Shown in pieces: positions 60,001-64,000 of a DNA stretch of 64,000 nt. Both the position numbers and the translations under genes were made by a program. Positions within the stretch are counted from its first letter, which is position 1. Each line of letters opens with the position of its first letter. The DNA is from Prochlorococcus sp. AG-402-M15 (GTDB lineage Bacteria > Cyanobacteriota > Cyanobacteriia > PCC-6307 > Cyanobiaceae), in the NCBI GenBank assembly GCA_003216615.1, contig QCIP01000001.1, forward strand, positions 113,455-177,454, given 5' to 3'. The notes beneath the pieces are model-generated. The model was not told the origin of the DNA and did no database searches. It saw only the letters and a list, made by a program, of their open reading frames with translations.

Positions 60001-60819
60001 ATTTTCAATTAAATCATTATTTTTGATTTGAGATGAAGAAAATGAAGTTGTGGTAATTATTAGTTTAATATCTTCTTTTTTAAAAATGTCTATTAATTTC
60101 TTTTGAATAATATGATCTTTTAGCGTTGAAATAAAAAATGTTTTAGGAGATAGTCCGCATTTTCTTAACTGCAAGTTAAGTTTTTCGTTTACTTCAATTT
60201 CATTAGCCAAAAAAAGCGATTTATAGGATATTATTCCTATCTTTTCCCCTTTTTCAATTTTCCAATCATATAAATAAGGATCTGCATAAAAAGTAATATT
60301 CAAAAACTCATCAGGAATTATTGATTCATCTATCTGTAGATAATTTAAACAATTAAGAAATTTTCTATAATTATCCAGTCCTCCAGATCTTAGTAATCTA
60401 GAAATATTTAATGCAATATTTTTATCTATACTACTTATTTCGCATAAGGAGAATTCCTGGTCAATGGTACCTGATAGGATTACTAACTTCCTTTTTTTAT
60501 TAACTGCTTGCCAATTTAAAAGTTGTTCAATTCCATAGTTCCATGTACCTTTATCTCCGAATATTCTTAGTACGACAACTTTTGCATAATTAATTGTTTT
60601 TAATAAATAATTATCTATTTGAGCTGAGGAATTTAAATTAGAAATTTCTAAAGCTCTTATATTATTTTTTAATGAAGCAAATTCTTTTTCTAACAATAAG
60701 TTTGATATAAGATTTAAATCAGCTTTGACACTTGTTATAAAAATAAAATCTGCCGCTGGTTGCTCAATTAAATCATCCTTATTCTTTTCATTTCCTGCTA
60801 TATTTAATATCCTGTGCAT
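57082..60819 (-). CDS. cobN: Cobaltochelatase large subunit CobN
   Basis: 1245 aa from the CobN/Mg-chelatase H family (GKHGTVEWLPGK, HNQDNKEHDILDSDDYYQFQGG). The length and N-terminus fit CobN rather than ChlH. Confidence 0.88.
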   Translation of the reverse strand: MHRILNIAGNEKNKDDLIEQPAADFIFITSVKADLNLISNLLLEKEFASLKNNIRALEISNLNSSAQIDNYLLKTINYAKVVVLRIFGDKGTWNYGIEQLLNWQAVNKKRKLVILSGTIDQEFSLCEISSIDKNIALNISRLLRSGGLDNYRKFLNCLNYLQIDESIIPDEFLNITFYADPYLYDWKIEKGEKIGIISYKSLFLANEIEVNEKLNLQLRKCGLSPKTFFISTLKDHIIQKKLIDIFKKEDIKLIITTTSFSSSQIKNNDLIENSTNIFTSLKIPILQLLSSNRSRKNWLNSSIGMNSSDLLMQIIIPEFDGRITTSPSAFKEIISKKNTLYSEITSYKADQVGIEWISKFTTNYVKLQKLNNFDKRICLVISNYPVKNGRIGNGVGLNTPSSIINILNWLKEEGYDLGSCNYPQDSSELMSMLIKTRTNDIESQNNKPLDYLPLSEYLKYWNYLELDPKNIIVNRWGKPSEAIDLDNEGFSINGLRFGKIILLIQPQRGYDTYTDRDIHSPDLPPPHRYLAQYFWIEKIFNANAICHIGKHGTVEWLPGKSIGLSNKCFPNIICPAIPNIYPFIVNDPGEGSQAKRRTAATIIDHLTPPLDRSELYGKYSILENYLDEYYEAKLLNSNRIEIIEKSIFELIKKDFNEITLKNKNIQIEEIDSFLCKIKESQIRTGLHVFGNRQNDINEINLFLCIARVPNANRIGVVQYIAKNLKLNLNPWTNKYDQKLTEKDKKILLSFSNKKILNFRMAIEFLEQQAKYIIYLFFYKKKTNIKYLEKYKNQKIIDHFFNDKKHNNYFLLLKNEILNPIINSSYNEKLSFINSLNGKYVKSGPSGAPTRGKTEALPTGKNFFSVDARGLPTESAWSVGCKSASQIIDLYKQENGEDLKNIAISVWATSTMRNGGEDICQILYLLGVQPIWDGPSRRVVDLEIIPLSVLQRPRVDVTLRISGMFRDSFPQLVKLTFKAINLISNLNENDKFNPLAGALKDGDPINRIFGSAPGSYGAGLQELISNSNWENIDDFGESFLNWSKWIYSDNLEPIEDKKTLENVLKNVQLVVHNQDNKEHDILDSDDYYQFQGGLSSAVKKLSGKLPEMYHGDLSKFGLSKISKLQDEINKVVISRILNPKWINGMKDNGYKGAFEFAATLDYLYAFDASTEVVSDWCYEEVYKSWLCDRDLRNFFLENNPWALRDIAQRFLEIVNRKMWNNCSSDVIENLKNIIINTDSLIEKNEF

Positions 60820-60891
60820 TTTTATATATAAATAAGGTTTAGAATACGTAAGTAGGATAAAACAAGTTTACCTTAATTAAATAAATTGAAT

Positions 60892-61803
60892 ATGCATGAA
60901 TTTCTTCCATACGCCTGGTTCGAAGGTAAATGTATTCCATTTAAAGAAGCGAAAATATCAATAGCTACTCATGCACTACATTATGGTACTGCTGCATTTG
61001 GAGGAATGAGAGCGATACCAAACCCTTCGAATAAAGAAGAATTCCTTTTGTTTAGAACTGATAAACACATAAAAAGATTATCTCAAAGTGCAAAATTACT
61101 CTTAACTGATATTTCTGAAGAATATATTTTTAAAGCCTTAGAAGAAGTTATAAAAAGAAACAAGCCAAAAAACCCTATTTATATAAGACCATTTGTATAT
61201 ACAAGCGATTTAGGTATAGCTCCAAGGTTACACAATATTGAAACAGATTTCTTTATTTATTGTATTGAACTAGGAGATTATCTATCCCCAGATGGTGTTT
61301 CTTGTAGAATGAGTAGTTGGAGTAGGCAAGAAGATAGATCTCTCCCATTGCGAGGAAAAATAAGTGGAGCTTATATTACTAGTTCATTAGCTAAAACAGA
61401 GGCTAGTTTATCGGGGTTTGATGAAGCCTTGCTATTAAATTCAAGTGGTAAGGTAAGCGAAGCTAGTGGTATGAATTTATTTATTGTAAGAAATGGAGAA
61501 TTAATAACTCCTGGTGTTGATCAAGATATCCTTGAGGGGATTACTAGAGCTAGTGTAATTGAATTAGCAAAATCATTTGGACTAAATATAATTGAAAGGC
61601 CTGTTGATAAAACAGAATTATTAATAGCAGATGAAGTTTTTCTAACTGGTACAGCAGCAAAAATTACACCAGTTAAAAAAATTGAATCAACTGAATTAAA
61701 TGTTGAAAGACCAATAATGAATAAATTAAAAAATAAGCTTATAGAAATAACAGAAGGTCGTTCTCAAGACTATGATAATTGGGTAACAAGAATTTCAATA
61801 TAA
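60892..61803 (+). CDS. ilvE: Branched-chain amino acid aminotransferase
   Basis: Class IV aminotransferase motifs (HALHYGTAAFGG, EGITR, LTGTAA) are present. I prefer the ATG at 60892 to the TTG at 60886. Confidence 0.92.
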   Translation: MHEFLPYAWFEGKCIPFKEAKISIATHALHYGTAAFGGMRAIPNPSNKEEFLLFRTDKHIKRLSQSAKLLLTDISEEYIFKALEEVIKRNKPKNPIYIRPFVYTSDLGIAPRLHNIETDFFIYCIELGDYLSPDGVSCRMSSWSRQEDRSLPLRGKISGAYITSSLAKTEASLSGFDEALLLNSSGKVSEASGMNLFIVRNGELITPGVDQDILEGITRASVIELAKSFGLNIIERPVDKTELLIADEVFLTGTAAKITPVKKIESTELNVERPIMNKLKNKLIEITEGRSQDYDNWVTRISI

Positions 61804-61822
61804 AAATCGATTTTTACAATAA

Positions 61823-64000
61823 ATGGAATCTTTCAGAACCTATCTAAATAGAGAAGAAAAGCCATTAATTATTTTTGACGGAGGTACTGGAACATCATTT
61901 CAGAACTTAAATCTTACTGCAGATGACTTTGGAGGAAAAGAATTAGAAGGTTGTAATGAAAACCTTATTTTATCATCACCAAAAGTAGTTGAAAAGGTTC
62001 ATAATTCATTCTTAGAAGCAGGTTGTCATGTTATAGAAACTAATACTTTTGGAGCATCATCCATAGTTCTTGATGAATATGATATTGCAGATAAGGCATA
62101 TGACATAAATAAAAATGCTGCATTAATAGCAAAAAACGCTGCAACCAAATATGCATCACTTGATAAACCAAGGTTTGTTGCTGGTTCAATTGGACCAACC
62201 ACTAAATTACCAACATTAGGACATATAGATTTTGATGAATTAAAACAATCATATAAAGAACAAATATATGGTCTTATAGATGGAGGAGTTGATCTTCTTT
62301 TAATTGAAACTTGTCAAGATGTATTGCAAATTAAATCTGCCTTATTAGCATCAAAAGAAGTACTTGATAGTAAAAATATAGATATACCCATAATGGTATC
62401 TATAACAATGGAAACTACAGGTACTATGCTTGTTGGATCTGATATTGCATCTGCATTAACAATATTAGAGCCATTTAATATAGATATCCTTGGACTTAAT
62501 TGTGCAACTGGTCCAGAACAAATGAAGGAACATATTAAATATTTGTCTGAAAATTCACCCTTCGCTATAAGTTGTATTCCCAATGCAGGTCTACCTGAAA
62601 ATATTGGGGGGGTAGCTCACTACAGATTAAAGCCAATAGAATTAAAAATGCAGTTAATGAATTTTATATATGACTTTAATGTTCAATTAATAGGTGGATG
62701 TTGTGGGACTACACCTGATCATATTAAATATCTATCTTCAATAATTGATGAAATTATTGATAGCAAAAGGACTAATAAAAATGGTAATAACAATTCAGGT
62801 GGATATATTCCTTCTGCATCATCAATATATAATTCTGTGACATACAAACAAGATAATTCAATTTTGATTGTTGGAGAAAGATTAAATGCAAGTGGATCTA
62901 AAAAGGTAAGGGAGTTACTAAATAAAGACGATTGGGATGGCCTGGTTTCAATTGCCAAGCAACAACAAAAAGAAAATGCACACGTTCTTGATGTAAATGT
63001 TGATTATGTTGGGAGAGACGGTGTTAAAGATATGAAAGAAATAACTTCAAGACTTGTTACCAACATAAATTTACCCTTAATGATTGATTCTACAGATGCT
63101 GACAAAATGGAAAGTGGATTGAAGTCAGCTGGTGGTAAATGTATTATAAATTCAACTAATTACGAAGACGGTGATGAAAGATTTAATCAAGTTCTAAATT
63201 TAGCCTTGGGGTATGGTTCAGGACTTGTTGTCGGAACTATTGATGAAGATGGAATGGCAAGGAATGCAGATAAAAAATATAACATTGTTATACGAGCGAT
63301 TAATAAAACAAGAGAATGTGGTTTATCAGATTATGAGCTCTTTTTTGATCCATTAGCACTGCCAATATCTACTGGTATAGAAGAAGATAGATTAAACGCA
63401 AAAGAAACAATTACTGCTATATCAAAAATTCGTGAAAATTTCCCAGAAATTCATATTATATTGGGGATATCGAACATAAGTTTTGGTCTATCACCATTAT
63501 CTAGAATTAATTTAAATTCAATATTTTTAGATGAATGCATTAAAGTAGGATTGGATTCCGCTATTATCGCACCAAATAAGATTTTGCCATTATCAAAAAT
63601 TTCTGAAGAAACTAAAAAGCTTTGTTTAGATTTGATATATGACAGAAGAGAATTTGAAGATGATATTTGTACTTATGATCCATTAGTAGAACTCACAAAG
63701 GCTTTTCAAGATTTATCTATTCAGGATTTCAAAAGAGCATCTTCAGAAAATAAAAACTTAACTCTGGAAGAAAGTTTAAAAAATCATATTATTGATGGAG
63801 AAAAAATAGGTTTAGAAGATCAATTAAATAAAGCGTTAAAAAAATATAAACCTCTTGAAATAATTAATACCTTTTTACTAGATGGGATGAAAGTTGTAGG
63901 AGATTTATTTGGCTCAGGTCAAATGCAATTGCCATTCGTACTACAATCCGCTGAAACAATGAAATTTGCTGTTTCAATTTTAGAACCATATATGGAAACT
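61823..64000 (+). CDS. metH: Cobalamin-dependent methionine synthase MetH, N-terminal 726 codons (3' end outside the window)
   Basis: Not in the ORF track because it has no in-window stop. ATG at 61823, frame open to 64000. Homocysteine-binding domain ([22 protein letters not shown]) is followed by the pterin-binding domain ([18 protein letters not shown]) and the start of the B12 cap. Confidence 0.93.
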   Translation, partial: MESFRTYLNREEKPLIIFDGGTGTSFQNLNLTADDFGGKELEGCNENLILSSPKVVEKVHNSFLEAGCHVIETNTFGASSIVLDEYDIADKAYDINKNAALIAKNAATKYASLDKPRFVAGSIGPTTKLPTLGHIDFDELKQSYKEQIYGLIDGGVDLLLIETCQDVLQIKSALLASKEVLDSKNIDIPIMVSITMETTGTMLVGSDIASALTILEPFNIDILGLNCATGPEQMKEHIKYLSENSPFAISCIPNAGLPENIGGVAHYRLKPIELKMQLMNFIYDFNVQLIGGCCGTTPDHIKYLSSIIDEIIDSKRTNKNGNNNSGGYIPSASSIYNSVTYKQDNSILIVGERLNASGSKKVRELLNKDDWDGLVSIAKQQQKENAHVLDVNVDYVGRDGVKDMKEITSRLVTNINLPLMIDSTDADKMESGLKSAGGKCIINSTNYEDGDERFNQVLNLALGYGSGLVVGTIDEDGMARNADKKYNIVIRAINKTRECGLSDYELFFDPLALPISTGIEEDRLNAKETITAISKIRENFPEIHIILGISNISFGLSPLSRINLNSIFLDECIKVGLDSAIIAPNKILPLSKISEETKKLCLDLIYDRREFEDDICTYDPLVELTKAFQDLSIQDFKRASSENKNLTLEESLKNHIIDGEKIGLEDQLNKALKKYKPLEIINTFLLDGMKVVGDLFGSGQMQLPFVLQSAETMKFAVSILEPYMET

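Noticed and set aside
60820-61822. A cobalamin riboswitch upstream of cobN or metH, and an FMN riboswitch upstream of ribBA (42690-42765).
   Set aside because: The spacers are only 66, 19 and 76 nt long and almost pure A/T. That is too short and unstructured for these aptamers of about 100-200 nt or more.
62314-62958. Two minus-strand ORFs (89 and 79 aa) in a region with no plus-strand ORF in the track.
   Set aside because: The region is occupied by metH on the plus strand. metH is unlisted only because its stop lies beyond the window. The minus ORFs are shadows.
1-64000. I looked for CRISPR arrays, IS elements, integrases, phage genes, toxin-antitoxin pairs or known defence-system genes.
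   Set aside because: No direct-repeat/spacer periodicity was seen, and no transposase, integrase or recombinase-like ORF. Every sizeable ORF is assignable to housekeeping or conserved cyanobacterial families. Composition is uniform across the window.

Overview
The window reads as a streamlined, AT-rich (about 70% A+T) core-genome segment of a marine picocyanobacterium, most likely a high-light-adapted Prochlorococcus. That call rests on composition, on cyanobacterial marker genes (psaK, psb28, GUN4, hemJ, ycf-type membrane proteins, dnaK3/dnaJ3-like pair) and on extreme gene packing. Coding density is very high, at about 66 protein genes plus one tRNA-Ser(GGA). Many genes are separated by fewer than 20 nt or have overlapping stop and start codons. 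Two genes run off the window edges: dnaG on the left, and metH on the right (absent from the ORF track because it has no in-window stop). Most of the content is housekeeping:
- Isoprenoid and central metabolism: ispE, dxs, pdhB, pyk, pgi.
- Nitrogen and amino-acid metabolism: glnA, ilvA, ilvE, argC, dapF, hisZ, metH.
- Cofactor synthesis: ribBA, cobN, coaD, hemJ.
- Translation and RNA modification: rsmA, rlmH, tadA, selU, leuS, rpmB.
- Secretion and envelope: secD, secF, lspA, dacB.
- Chaperones: htpG, dnaK, dnaJ.
- DNA repair: umuDC, uvrC.

I see no rRNA, CRISPR array, transposase, integrase, phage remnant or recognisable defence system, and no compositional island next to the tRNA. I do not find a convincing novel multi-gene system and say so plainly. 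The leads worth a second look are:
1. A LexA-box-fronted umuD-umuC cassette with a tightly coupled third gene encoding a small HExxH protein.
2. An scpB whose conserved N-terminal domain lies in an open frame that has no ATG, GTG or TTG start.
3. A canonical-geometry NtcA site and an intrinsic terminator flanking glnA.
4. Domain-level oddities in pyruvate kinase, RibBA and the DnaK tail.
5. A few unexplained palindromes, non-coding gaps and one unlisted small ORF.

All family assignments come from reading motifs by eye. No database search was run.
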